Assembly (NCBI RefSeq): GCF_023055435.1
Contig: NW_025963779.1
Span: 92,504,001 to 92,568,000 of the forward strand
From: Haliotis rufescens
Taxonomy: Eukaryota
DNA: 64,000 bases
Direction: 5' to 3'
Under the pieces are notes generated by a model. That model worked only from the letters and a program-made list of their open reading frames with translations. It ran no database searches and was not told the origin of the DNA. Made by a program: the position numbers and the translations under genes. Numbering within the stretch: the first letter of the stretch is position 1; every line of letters starts with the position of its first letter. Positions 38,823 through 52,400 of the stretch are shown one piece after another.

Positions 38823-38898
38823 GCAAGTATTTTCATTTGTTTTAAGCCCAACATTTCAGCACCGTAAAGTACAATTGGGTTATTTTTTTGTATATTTT

Positions 38899-39390
38899 TT
38901 AAAAACGAATTACTTGTGACATAACATCAAGGATTTGAATATTCTTCAGTATACTCAATAAAATCTTTTTGACCTGGACTGATGCCTCTCTTGCATGTAT
39001 AGACCAATTTAGATTGTTACTGAAATAAACACCCACATACTTATCGTGTGTAGTTACATTCAAAGTTTCAATAAAGGACCATTTTTTTATATTTTGCAAG
39101 TTTACAACTGTTGTTTTTTTTGCAATAATTTTAGTTTCGACTCTATTAATAGGGCGTTTCTATTTATCGCAGTAATTTTCTTTGATATCAATTTGCTTTT
39201 GCAAGTCACCAGTTGTGCTTGAGAACATCATACTATCATATGCAAATAATATGAGAAAGAGTTGAACAACATCTGGATGTAATTGAATACCGTGTGTACG
39301 ACTGTTATGGATTTGTGGTGCTAATTCATACATGACAAAGACCGTGTGTTTATTTGTTACCATGTTGGGTTGCACCATCATATCTAACAT
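38899..39390 (-). mobile_element. old non-LTR retrotransposon RT fragment
   Basis: LILFAYDSMMFSSTTGDLQKQID (decayed LFADD) and KYVGVYFSNNLNW (YLG motif); many disruptions. Confidence 0.75.
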
Positions 39391-39911
39391 TCAAACATCC
39401 CGTTACGGCTGCAGCTCATGCGATTTGATGAATTATTTCTTTCTGAATCCATGTCAACCACGAATTCACTTAACGTAATTGAAACTAGATACGCACTTTT
39501 ACACTTTCACAATGGATGCGATACTCGTTCTGCAATCATTGAAATAGCCAAATATGTGTAACTGAGCACATAAATATTTACGACTTGTTTAAAAAAACAT
39601 TAACGGGGGTTGAAATGATTTATGAATTAACGAGAATTAACTTCTGTGTGACTTACTTTTAAAGTACAACATTCGAAGGATGGGGTTGATATGCTCATTG
39701 AACAAGCAAGTGTATCCGGTGTCTAGAAAAACATGTCTTTTATTGGTTAGTATGACAATAAAACTAGGCCAAGCCAAAAAAACCCAGAGTATTCCATCTC
39801 TGTGATCCAAATCTATGAGATCCATATTGTCGATCCGTTGCGATTTGATTTGTAGCACCCCATGGACGTTGTTATACGCTGTACACGTCCCAGGTAGTCA
39901 TGTATTCATGT

Positions 39912-40173
39912 GACCCGCGAAGATCCGCAACCCATGCTTGCCGGAAAAGGCGACTATGCTTGTCGTAAGAGGCGACTAACGGGATCGGGTGGTCAGGTTC
40001 GCTGACTTGGTTGATGCATGTCATCGTACCTCAATTGCGTGGATCGATGTTCATCATGTCAATGATTGTCTAGTCCAGACTCGATTATTTACAGACCACC
40101 GTCATATAGCTGTAATATTGCTGAGTGCGGCGTTAAACAACAAAAACAACAAAAACAACAACAACAACAATAA
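39912..40173 (+). mobile_element. SINE family A with (AAC)n tail
   Basis: Body shared with three other copies; tail ATATTGCTGAGTGCGGCGTTAAACAACAA. Confidence 0.9.
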
Positions 40174-40460
40174 TGCTTGTCACACACAGGATCTGTCAAT
40201 GTTCCCCCTTCATGTGGGGAAGGGTTGCAGGTATGGAGCTTTGGTCTGCACAACAATGGTGTTTGTCCATCCTATCGTACCTGCGTCATCATTCAGTTTA
40301 GTTTAAACATATTAAATTCTCATGAACAGGATTGGGCACAGGTTATCACAACTTAGAACGCCGTCTCCCATAGAGTTACTTGCATGCTTATTTAAGTTAA
40401 TAAATCAAATGATAGAAAGGAAAGAAAAGAGATAGAGAAACGTATATACATTCACATTGC

Positions 40461-41337
40461 TCACTCAAACCTTTTTGTTTTCTTTATATATGTATGTACA
40501 TTCCTAAAAATGCTTTCGTTCACATGATTAGGTAAAATTGCATATCCAACTAGCATCAGGTCAATATTTACATCACAAGTATATTTCACAATTAACAATA
40601 GTGGGTGCATCAATTCGTTTCTAGCTGATTCAAATATAGGACATTCAATGAAAAAATGATATGAATTTTCACATGGGCTGCCACATCGGCATTTTGGATC
40701 CTCGTTTAAACCTTTTCTAAATAAGTCATTTTTTAAACTCACCGTCATCATATCTTAAATTTGAATGTATTATGTTAATTTTCCTTAAACCATATGAGAA
40801 ATGTGATGGAACTGTAGATCTATCTGTACCTAAACTGGATTAAAATCGAGTGAATGTTTCAATATTCCTTTGCTTAATAGGTAATGTATTCCACAATTTG
40901 ATAGCGGATGGTATAAACGAGGATTCAGATAACTTAGTTCGTAATAGAGGCATAGTTATATTGTGAGCGGTTCTAAGGTTGTATGTTACGTTTGTCCCGA
41001 CAGAGAGAGGTACTAGAACTTTAAGGTATGAAGGTGTCATGTTGTTATACATTTTATAGAATAAACACAATTTACGTTTTCTCCTGCGCTCTGATAAGGG
41101 CTGCCAGGAAGTTTCGAAACATAAATTTTTGACGGAAGTGTAGGTTGGTAAACCAGTTACAATTCTTGCTGCTTCCAGTTGGAGTTTTTCTAATCTCTCA
41201 CTCTGCTCTTTGGTACAACCGTCCCAAACTTCACATGCATATTCAAAATGTGGTCTAATAAACATTACATAAATCTTATTCAACACACTACGACAGAGCA
41301 TAAACTTAACCGTTCTCGTCGAATGGATTATCATCAT
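40461..41337 (-). mobile_element. 5'-truncated CR1-like LINE, ORF2 C-terminus
   Basis: IRPHFEYACEVWD, LEKLQLEAARIVTGL, L..RR...KL..FYK, SFIPSAIKLWNTL and terminal CRCG..E.S.HFF.ECP zinc-knuckle-like motif; disrupted. Confidence 0.92.
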
Positions 41338-41788
41338 TCAATTGACATAAGTTTGGATTTACTAATGGTATATTTAAATCATTGTCGTTTGTGTCAACGT
41401 AATGTAATTATAACCATATGGAAACAAAAATATAATCAATATTTCTGTACTGAAAGTGATACAGGGTAAACCTCGCTTTCATTTGTGGGCGTCCGTGTGT
41501 GACAATATTCAACTGTGTGGGCACGTCTCAATGAGTAGGCCTACACACATGGTTTATCAGAAATCGTTATGTGTTGAACGAAAACGTGTTTCACAACAAG
41601 CAGAGTTTGTATTTGTGTTGATATGTCTGTGATCGTGTTTGCATGCACTTTGTCAACTTCAGTGCACTAAGTATTTCACTGGAATAGTTGAAAAGAAATT
41701 GTGCAGTCAATAGATGGCAACTTCTTTATTTACTCTCTTCATATGTTACGGCGCAGATACTGTAACCTTCATCAAGCAACGTGGAGTG

Positions 41789-41819
<31 letters not shown>

Positions 41820-41826
41820 AATGATG
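41789..41826. repeat. (TGA)n microsatellite
   Basis: Trinucleotide run. Confidence 0.95.
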
Positions 41827-42309
41827 AGATTGAATATTTTACGCGCGCTTCAGTTGGGCTGATATCTCACTCAGGGCACTCCCAAGCATCGCTCCAAGGT
41901 TGTACCGAAAGATAAGCATATTCTTGTACGAGAATTCTGTCCTCCTAATAGGCAAGTCTAGATATGTGGACTCCAGTCTCTTATAGGGACAACCTATTCT
42001 TATCATTTACATAATCTTGAAATTGTGATTTAAACTAATAATTATTAAGTGTTTGAAAGGCATACAGTGACACAGATGAGGAAGAGATTTATGGATGTCA
42101 ACTTCTTTATTATGTGGAACACATCATAATATAGCAGCTGACATCCAAAAATGCTCTGCCTTAATAATTATTGCCTTAGAAACTTGTGCAAGTCTAAGCA
42201 CTCCCAGAAACGCTAGAATGAAATAGCGAGTAAAGCACTTCACAGTGTGTTCAACGGGATCTTCTTGAGGAGGTTGGGACAGTGTGTCTGTGGGTCATGT
42301 TGTGGTAAT

Positions 42310-42836
42310 CTTTTAACGCTGCACTCAGTACCAATGCGCCACATGAAAGCGGCCCGCATCACACAATCCAGGCACTGACATCATGAGCATCAATTGGAAC
42401 ACGGGGTCTTTTAACCAACCAAGGGGACACAGGGGGTCCAGTCGGCTAAGGCGCTGCGATTCGCTGTGCAGAGTTGCGTCCCTTGGGAACGCCAGAAACC
42501 TATGATTGTGGGTTCGAATCCCGGTTCGCCCCGATTATGTTTCTAGGTTTGTCAGCATCATACCCGTACTCGTGGGTTTCACCGAAGTGGTTAACGTCTG
42601 CATCACTTCGGGCTATCCTCCCACATAAAGCTGACACGCCGTGATATAACTGGAATACTGTTCAAAGCGGCGTTAACCCCATCTCACTCACTCACTCACT
42701 CACTCACTCACACACTCACTCACTCACTCTAACCAAGAACCAGAGACCGAGAATGACCGCTCGATCCATTAAGTCGCCTCTTACGACAAGCATAGGTTAC
42801 TGGGGACCAATATTCTTACCCGGGATCCCCGCGGAT
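42310..42836 (-). mobile_element. diverged SINE family A copy split by a family C insertion
   Basis: TTTAACGCTGCACTCAG...ACAATCCAG..CATCATGAGCATC on the left and AGTCGCCTCTTACGACAAGCAT on the right of the insert. Confidence 0.75.
42424..42730 (+). mobile_element. tRNA-derived SINE family C, full length, with TSD
   Basis: A-box-like GTCCAGTCGGCTAAGGCGC, B box GGTTCGAATCCC (42511-42522) and (CACT)n tail. AACCAAG is duplicated at 42417-42423 and 42731-42737. Confidence 0.88.
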
Positions 42837-43260
42837 GTTTTGTTGTATGAGGGAGGCGTCAATCTAGTCCAATGCTACCGTATACTTTGAGTTGATAAAG
42901 TAACTTCATGGAAGGCCGGTTGAAGTAGTTGGGTGAGTTATGGATTAGTTTAGAGGTGATTGCGGTGTATTTGGTGGTGTTTACATTGGAATAATACATG
43001 GCGTATATCCTCCAGTGGCGGACAGTGCGTACGTTGACATGTAACAGTTTTTGTTTTATAATTTTGTGTTTCAGTTTTTGTGTACAGATGTGTGAAAAAC
43101 AAATAGATTTTTTTTATATATGGTTAGTGAAAATATACAGGTTGGGTTGTGAGCAAACTACATAGATTTGGATATGATTGTTCAGAAGCTAGTGGAAGTT
43201 GTTAAACGGGGTTGGTACACGGAGAGGTATGGTTGGTATCATCGTATACAAGTTGCTTCA

Positions 43261-46200
43261 GTGATGGTGTCCTGACTCTGTAATGTTAGTGTCTAAGACG
43301 GTGATGGTGTCCTGACTCTGTAATGTTAGTGTCTAAGACGGTGATGGTGTCCTGACTCTGTAATGTTAGTGTCTAAGACGGTGATGGTGTCCTGACTCTG
43401 TAATGTTAGTGTCTAAGACGGTGATGGTGTCCTGATTTTGTAATGTTAGTGTCTAAGACGGTGATGGTGTCCTGACTCTGTAATGTTAGTGTCTAAGACG
43501 GTGATGGTGTCCTGATTCTGTAATGTTAGTGTCTAAGACGGTGATGGTGTGCTGACTCTGTAATGTTAGTGTCTAAGAGGGTGATGGTGTCCTGACTCTG
43601 TAATGTTAGTGTCTAAGACGGTGATGGTGTCCTGATTCTGTAATGTTAGTGTCTAAGACGGTGATGGTGTGCTGATTATGTAATGTTAGTGTCTAAGACG
43701 GTGATGGTGTCCTGATTCTGTAATGTTAGTGTCTAAGACGGTGATGGTGTGCTGACTCTGTAATGTTAGTGTCTAAGACGGTGATGGTGTCCTGATTATG
43801 TAATGTTAGTGTCTAAGACGGTGATGGTGTCCTGACTCTGTAATGTTAGTGTCTTAGACGGTGATGGTGTCCTGATTATGTAATGTTAGTGTCTAAGACG
43901 GTGATGGTGTCCTGACTCTGTAATGTTAGTGTCTAAGACGGTGATGGTGTCCTGATTATGTAATGTTAGTGTCTAAGACGGTGATGATGTGCTGATTATG
44001 TAATGTTAGTGTCTAAGACGGTGATGGTGTGCTGATTATGTAATGTTAGTGTCTAAGACGGTGATGGTGTCCTGACTCTGTAATGTTAGTGTCTAAGACG
44101 GTGATGGTGTCCTGATTCTGTAATGTTAGTGTCTAAGACGGTGATGGTGTCCTGATTATGTAATGTTAGTGTCTAAGACGGTGATGGTGTGCTGATTATG
44201 TAATGTTAGTGACTAAGACGGTGATGGTGTCCTGACTCTGTAATGTTAGTGTCTAAGACGGTGATGGTGTCCTGATTCTGTAATGTTAGTGTCTAAGACG
44301 GTGATGGTGTGCTGATTATGTAATGTTAGTGTCTAAGACGGTGATGGTGTCCTGATTATGTAATGTTAGTGTCTAAGACGGTGATGGTGTCCTGACTCTG
44401 TAATGTTAGTGTCTAAGACGGTGATGGTGTCCTGACTCTGTAATGTTAGTGTCTAAGACGGTGATGGTGTCCTGACTCTGTAATGTTAGTGTCTAAGACG
44501 GTGATGGTGTCCTGACTCTGTAATGTTAGTGTCTAAGACGGTGATGGTGTCCTGACTCTGTAATGTTAGTGTCTAAGACGGTGATGGTGTCCTGATTCTG
44601 TAATGTTAGTGTCTAAGACGGTGATGGTGTCCTGATTTTGTAATGTTAGTGTCTAAGACGGTGATGGTGTCCTGACTCTGTAATGTTAGTGTCTAAGACG
44701 GTGATGGTGTCCTGATTCTGTAATGTTAGTGTCTAAGACGGTGATGGTGTGCTGACTCTGTAATGTTAGTGTCTAAGAGGGTGATGGTGTCCTGACTCTG
44801 TAATGTTAGTGTCTAAGACGGTGATGGTGTCCTGATTCTGTAATGTTAGTGTCTAAGACGGTGATGGTGTGCTGATTATGTAATGTTAGTGTCTAAGACG
44901 GTGATGGTGTCCTGATTCTGTAATGTTAGTGTCTAAGACGGTGATGGTGTGCTGACTCTGTAATGTTAGTGTCTAAGACGGTGATGGTGTCCTGATTCTG
45001 TAATGTTAGTGTCTAAGACGGTGATGGTGTCCTGACTCTGTAATGTTAGTGTCTTAGACGGTGATGGTGTCCTGATTATGTAATGTCAGTGTCTAAGACG
45101 GTGATGGTGTCCTGACTCTGTAATGTTAGTGTCTAAGACGGTGATGGTGTCCTGATTATGTAATGTTAGTGTCTAAGACGGTGATGATGTGCTGATTATG
45201 TAATGTTAGTGTCTAAGACGGTGATGGTGTGCTGATTATGTAATGTTAGTGTCTAAGACGGTGATGGTGTCCTGACTCTGTAATGTTAGTGTCTAAGACG
45301 GTGATGGTGTCCTGATTCTGTAATGTTAGTGTCTAAGACGGTGATGGTGTCCTGATTATGTAATGTTAGTGTCTAAGACGGTGATGGTGTGCTGATTATG
45401 TAATGTTAGTGACTAAGACGGTGATGGTGTCCTGACTCTGTAATGTTAGTGTCTAAGACGGTGATGGTGTCCTGATTCTGTAATGTTAGTGTCTAAGACG
45501 GTGATGGTGTGCTGATTATGTAATGTTAGTGTCTAAGACGGTGATGGTGTCCTGATTATGTAATGTTAGTGTCTAGGCGGTGATGGTGTCCTGACTCTGT
45601 AATGTTAGTGTCTAAGACGGTGAAGGTGTCCTGATTCTGTAATGTTAGTGTCTAAGACGGTGATGGTGTCCTGACTCTGTAATGTTAGTGTCTAAGACGG
45701 TGATGGTGTCCTGACTCTGTAATGTTAGTGTCTAAGACGGTGATGGTGTCCTGATTATGTAATGTTAGTGTCTAAGACGGTGATGGTGTCCTGATTATGT
45801 AATGTTAGTGTCTAAGACGGTGATGGTGTCCTGATTCTGTAATGTTAGTGTCTAAGACGGTGATGGTGTCCTGACTCTGTAATGTTAGTGTCTAAGACGG
45901 TGATGGTGTCCTGACTCTGTAATGTTAGTGTCTAAGACGGTGATGGTGTCCTGATTATGTAATGTTAGTGTCTAAGACGGTGATGGTGTCCTGACTCTGT
46001 AATGTTAGTGTCTAAGACGGTGATGGTGTCCTGATTATGTAATGTTAGTGTCTAAGACGGTGATGATGTGCTGATTATGTAATGTTAGTGTCTAAGACGG
46101 TGATGGTGTGCTGATTATGTAATGTTAGTGTCTAAGACGGTGATGGTGTCCTGACTCTGTAATGTTAGTGTCTAAGACGGTGATGGTGTCCTGATTCTGT

Positions 46201-48470
46201 AATGTTAGTGTCTAAGACGGTGAAGGTGTCCTGACTCTGTATTGTTAGTGTCTAAGACGGTGATGGTGTCCTGATTATGTAATGTTAGTGTCTAAGACGG
46301 TGATGGTGTCCTGACTCTGTAATGTTAGTGTCTAAGACGGTGATGGTGTGCTGATTATGTAATGTTAGTGTCTAAGACGGTGATGGTGTCCTGATTCTGT
46401 AATGTTAGTGTCTAAGACGGTGATGGTGTGCTGACTCTGTAATGTTAGTGTCTAAGACGGTGATGGTGTCCTGATTCTGTAATGTTAGTGTCTAAGACGG
46501 TGATGGTGTCCTGACTCTGTAATGTTAGTGTCTTAGACGGTGATGGTGTCCTGATTATGTAATGTTAGTGTCTAAGACGGTGATGGTGTCCTGACTCTGT
46601 AATGTTAGTGTCTAAGACGGTGATGGTGTCCTGATTATGTAATGTTAGTGTCTAAGACGGTGATGATGTGCTGATTATGTAATGTTAGTGTCTAAGACGG
46701 TGATGGTGTGCTGATTATGTAATGTTAGTGTCTAAGACGGTGATGGTGTCCTGACTCTGTAATGTTAGTGTCTAAGACGGTGATGGTGTCCTGATTCTGT
46801 AATGTTAGTGTCTAAGACGGTGATGGTGTCCTGATTATGTAATGTTAGTGTCTAAGACGGTGATGGTGTGCTGATTATGTAATGTTAGTGACTAAGACGG
46901 TGATGGTGTCCTGACTCTGTAATGTTAGTGTCTAAGACGGTGATGGTGTCCTGATTCTGTAATGTTAGTGTTTAAGACGGTGATGGTGTGCTGATTATGT
47001 AATGTTAGTGTCTAAGACGGTGATGGTGTCCTGATTATGTAATGTTAGTGTCTAAGACGGTGATGGTGTCCTGACTCTGTAATGTTAGTGTCTAAGACGG
47101 TGAAGGTGTCCTGATTCTGTAATGTTAGTGTCTAAGACGGTGATGGTGTCCTGACTCTGTAATGTTAGTGTCTAAGACGGTGATGGTGTCCTGACTCTGT
47201 AATGTTAGTGTCTAAGACGGTGATGGTGTCCTGATTATGTAATGTTAGTGTCTAAGACGGTGATGGTGTGCTGATTATGTAATGTTAGTGTCTAAGACGG
47301 TGATGGTGTCCTGATTCTGTAATGTTAGTGTCTAAGACGGTGATGGTGTCCTGACTCTGTAATGTTAGTGTCTAAGACGGTGATGGTGTCCTGACTCTGT
47401 AATGTTAGTGTCTAAGACGGTGATGGTGTCCTGATTATGTAATGTTAGTGTCTAAGACGGTGATGGTGTCCTGACTCTGTAATGTTAGTGTCTAAGACGG
47501 TGATGGTGTCCTGATTATGTAATGTTAGTGTCTAAGACGGTGATGATGTGCTGATTATGTAATGTTAGTGTCTAAGACGGTGATGGTGTCCTGATTCTGT
47601 AATGTTAGTGTCTAAGACGGTGATGGTGTCCTGATTCTGTAATGTTAGTGTCTAAGACGGTGATGGTGTCCTGACTCTGTAATGTTAGTGTCTAAGACGG
47701 TGATGGTGTCCTGCCTCTATAATGTTAGTGTCTAAGACGGTGATGGTGTCCTGATTATGTAATGTTAGTGTCTAAGACGGTGATGGTGTCCTGCCTCTAT
47801 AATGTTAGTGTCTAAGACGGTGATGGTGTCCTGATTCTGTTATGTTAGTGTCTAAGACGGTGATGGTGTGCTGATTATGTAATGTTAGTGTCTAAGACGG
47901 TGATGGTGTCCTGATTCTGTAATGTTAGTGTCTAAGACGGTGATGGTGTCCTGACTCTGTAATGTTAGTGTCTAAGACGGTGATGGTGTCCTGACTCTGT
48001 AATGTTAGTGTCTAAGACGGTGATGGTGTCCTGATTATGTAATGTTAGTGTCTAAGACGGTGATGGTGTCCTGACTCTGTAATGTTAGTGTCTAAGACGG
48101 TGATGGTGTCCTGATTATGTAATGTTAGTGTCTAAGACGGTGATGATGTGCTGATTATGTAATGTTAGTGTCTAAGACGGTGATGGTGTCCTGATTCTGT
48201 AATGTTAGTGTCTAAGACGGTGATGGTGTCCTGATTCTGTAATGTTAGTGTCTAAGACGGTGATGGTGTCCTGACTCTGTAATGTTAGTGTCTAAGACGG
48301 TGATGGTGTCCTGCCTCTATAATGTTAGTGTCTAAGACGGTGATGGTGTCCTGATTATGTAATGTTAGTGTCTAAGACGGTGATGGTGTCCTGCCTCTAT
48401 AATGTTAGTGTCTAAGACGGTGATGGTGTCCTGATTCTGTTATGTTAGTGTCTAAGACGGTGATGGTGTC
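43261..48470. repeat. 40-bp satellite (GTGATGGTGTCCTGACTCTGTAATGTTAGTGTCTAAGACG), about 130 copies
   Basis: Highly homogeneous head-to-tail array; 1-bp deletion near 45576. Confidence 0.99.
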
Positions 48471-49399
48471 TCACTTGGGTGTGTTAGTTGTTAGCCACTC
48501 TCACAGATCTGATGCCACAATGTCATGACGGAATGTGGCAGTTTGTCCATATACTCACATGAATCTGTGTTGTATCCTCTGCAACTTCAATCGACGGATA
48601 ACGCCCGAGATGAAATGAATGAATGAATGAATGAATGAATGAACTGTAACGATTATAAGAAATAATTTGATAGAACATGACGGGGCTACATATCAGGAGC
48701 AGGCGGTATATATGTTGACACAATACGATACAGCGAAACCTCTTTCCAATCCAATCCAAGACATGGGTTTCCTTATGATTATGATTATGTAAGGACTGGA
48801 ACTATGGTTCCTGAAGCTGGATTATAAACAGATTTTCGCAGCAGAGTTTCACTGTCCACATGATGGACTACGCGCACCAGAAGAACACCTATGGGAGAGA
48901 TGGGTACCGTTTACCGGTCGAGTGAAGTTTTCCGGGTACATTCAACTCTCTCTGATCTGACTTCCCTTTAGCCCCATATAAATTTATTAATGTTTTTCAT
49001 CAATCGCGTTACTCTTATGTTCAGAATCGAGATATTTAATCCACAAGGTGATACGGTGTCTTGTGTAATAGCTTATCGACTATGAAGTTTAAGGTGGTGG
49101 TCTGATAATATAATATTACACTTGCGGGTGGACAATCACGATTCTCATCGTTTGTATCCCGGACGTCCCATTCAGAAATTATCACAGGTATTATTGCTGT
49201 GCTCTCTTCCGTTAACTTTCTATCAGGGTGTAGGTCCGAGCAGCAAACCTTCGCCTGCTTACTGTTCATCATATAGCATCGAGCATAGATTCATTTGTTC
49301 ATCATTGCCAGTCACTGATAGCAGTATGATTTATTATTCTAAATTCGGGCTATGTACTCTCAAGGACGGGTCAATCAGAATAGAAGGAGGAGGAATGAC

Positions 49400-49492
49400 C
49401 GTGTCCGATTTCTCCCATGGGTTCAATGTCTTGTGTCCCCGCCGTGATATTGCTGGTATAGTTCTAAAGGCGGCGTAAAACCTTATTCACTC
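49400..49492 (+). mobile_element. SINE family B fragment
   Basis: CCCATGGGTTCAATG..TGTCCCCGCCGTGATATTGCTGG..AAAGGCGGCGTAAAAC..CACTCA. Confidence 0.7.
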
Positions 49493-52400
49493 AACCTAAA
49501 TTCACAAATTCTATCAATATATTTGGCTGTGTAGTTTGGGAATTTTCTGTCTCCAACAGGCAGGGTCTATTTTTCATTGGTGAGTGTGTTTTCACCACTG
49601 TAGGTCGTTGCGGATGGACTCTCTTCGGTCTACGATTCAGAAGAGCCCTTTGTAAGAATGAACTGGAATTGAAACAAGGGTCTGATTGTCAGACAGAACT
49701 GACACGCAGATCTGATTGACAGAAAGTGCGATCTGGTCGACTGTGTCATCCTAACTGCGTGGGTTGCTGCTAAAGCTATGAACCCAGTGGTTTGCCTGAA
49801 CGAGATTCAACATCGGTACGTGTGTATACGTGTCAACATCGATCTCATATTCCAGTTTTCCAAATCTATTTGTTTCAAAGGTACGACGCAACAAACGGAC
49901 CAGTTCGCAAACGTTATTAAAAATAAATTTCCGGGTAGTATTTTTTATATTTAAAAACTGAAGACCTCACGTTCAGCTACAGGTTTCTGTTTTAGTATGT
50001 CGTCACGCTGAAATGAGAATTTCACGACCCACGCCGGTCTCGTCCTCGTAGGCGAAATATTGCCAGCGTACTTCCAAACAGATAACATAACCAGTTACAT
50101 TCTAATGCATTCTTGTGTACATCTGGCATCATTACTGTCTGAAAGTGCTTCATAAACACATGCTCATGATATAGTCGGAATCAATGGACTCTGCTTTTGA
50201 TTATAGCAGGTTTCTAATGATCGTGGAAATGGATTTGTCGCTTTTATGTGCATGTGTAACTAGAATACGTGATTTCCACTACATTGAGTTTTTGTGTCGA
50301 TGTGTATATTTTATGGAGCTATGAATACAAACATTGCCTTCGCTAGCCAAACAAATTGCTGTAACCTGAACCAGTTGCAGTGTAATGACAATAGCAGTAC
50401 ACAACTGCCTAGAAATTTGAACACGCGCGTGCAACGGGCGTGCAAGCGCGTGTGGGTCACTCGTTGCGCAAGCGTGTGCCATGCGTGTAACACGGGACTG
50501 GGTTTCAGTTGAATTTGACAAATAGATCAAAGCAATAGTGAGAAAAAACAAAACAGTGAGATGTGAATATTGAGTTTACGAGCGGCGATTGACCTGTGTT
50601 CACCAGACCATTAACACAAGGTCGGCCCGTCTTAATTAGTGTTTGGCTGCGGCCCACGAGGTCCCAGTCCAGGCATTGCGGCAAGCCGGCAGTAACAGTA
50701 GTGAATTTAGGAGCGAGTTTATTGTAGCGGGTTGGTAAATGTATGTCATTAATGAAGTTATTGTTTGTGGATTGCGGACATATTCGTTTAAGTTTTGCCC
50801 ACCTGAGTCATTCCAGGTGATTGCACAAGATCACTGGAGTTGTCGATGGAGGCTGGACATGCAGCATACATCATGTCCAGTGTAGGCTAGCACCTCGTCC
50901 TTGTTTCACACGGTATTTAAAACCTTGATCTACAAGGCTACGGCCACCACGCCATTCACAAGTGTATTTGTCTATTTACAATGAAGTTGTTTAGCGTTCC
51001 GAGTATTTATATACTATCTCACTGATTACTTGTTAACTGGTCACTGCAAGTACCATAATTATTTAACTTCAAGTGAATTCAGTTTATTCACATGTTAGCT
51101 TTCATAGGTTGTGATGGATACTTGTAAAATCCTCAGCTGAGTTCACTCACTAACTACTGTGGCCGTTTTTTGGCATAATTTCTGTGCTTGTATAAACACA
51201 GTAACTGCTAAAACCACTCTACTCACTCGCTCACTCACACAGTAACTGTTAATCCTCTGCAGTGTGCTGGCAAAGTGGGGATAAACCTCGGTGTCAAAGA
51301 CTATCACACTTAGTTAGAATCCTTGTTTATCTGTGACATCTTCCATCTGCTGACATTTTAGTAAACCTGACAAGTGATGGATGAATTTTAATATTCATAT
51401 CAGTATTGACGATTGCCGTTGGAGTAAATGACAGTAACTAATTTGAACATTGCCCTGTAATATTATAAAATACATGATAACCCATAACCGTTCGAGAAAC
51501 AACTCCAAACTATATATATTCTGGGATCAATCGCATTTGGCATTTTAAGAATAAACTCACTTTAAGGCACTTGGCAAGTCAAAACTGGCCGCCCTGATTA
51601 TGTTCTTAGAGTTGACAGCAACTATGCTCGTGGATTGAAGAAATAGATATGATTTGTAACCAAGATGTTATTACAATAAGCGAAAATGACTTCAAAGTCC
51701 ATAGTTTGTTTAATAGTGTAAAAATGAGTGTGTTAAAAATCTATCAACGCTTTCTTTTATTGAACACAATATTTGCTCTGTATTGCTGTAAATAATCTAG
51801 CCTGCTGCCCGCGTAACTTAAACATATTAATGAATGATCTTCATATGCCACGGTCTGTGGCCAGAAAAGCAAATAAAGTTATGTCTTATAACCTCTATTA
51901 TCCCCGCTGACGCTATCATAATGTTCAATTTCAGTCTGCGACACCAAGCGTGAATAAGCGTTCTACAAGTGTACACACTGACGCAGTTAAGCCAATAAAT
52001 ATTTGGTGTTGGCAAATATCTAGCTTGTATATATTTTTGTAGGTATGAAACATTCAAATTAATTGTTGATACACCGGGCTGCACATACATAACAAAACTC
52101 CATGACAGATGAATCGGTGCCTTTATATGCAAGAGGAAAGAATCTTGTTTATTTCTAGGCCATCCCGATCATCGTTTACTTCTACTACATGCATGGTTAG
52201 AGGCAAGATCAAAGGCGCCGTCCAGCATTTATTAAACAACAAACAGGGTTATCCGTTTCGCTTTGAACCACCACTCCACCCTGTCGGTAGGGGTTATCTA
52301 ATCGCTGCGCAAATAACTGTGTCCAGTCTACCACGGGGTTTGATGCGGTGTCAGTTTCGAATTATTTTGTGATATTTGTGAAAAAAATTCGTTGTATATC

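Noticed and set aside
42424-42535. tRNA gene (A and B boxes); likewise 19225-19328 and 22832-22900
   Set aside because: No complete cloverleaf, and the sequence continues into a SINE body and tail. These are SINE heads.
43261-48470. CRISPR-like appearance of the 40-bp array (also the 31-, 30- and 26-bp arrays)
   Set aside because: Units are contiguous with no unique spacers, there are no cas genes, and the context is eukaryotic. These are satellites.
51263-51313. Candidate next channel exon (CTCTGCAG|TGT GCT GGC..., starts with Cys)
   Set aside because: It reads CAGKVGINLGVKDYHT then stop, lacking the second Cys and the GxCYTFN motif expected in DEG/ENaC.
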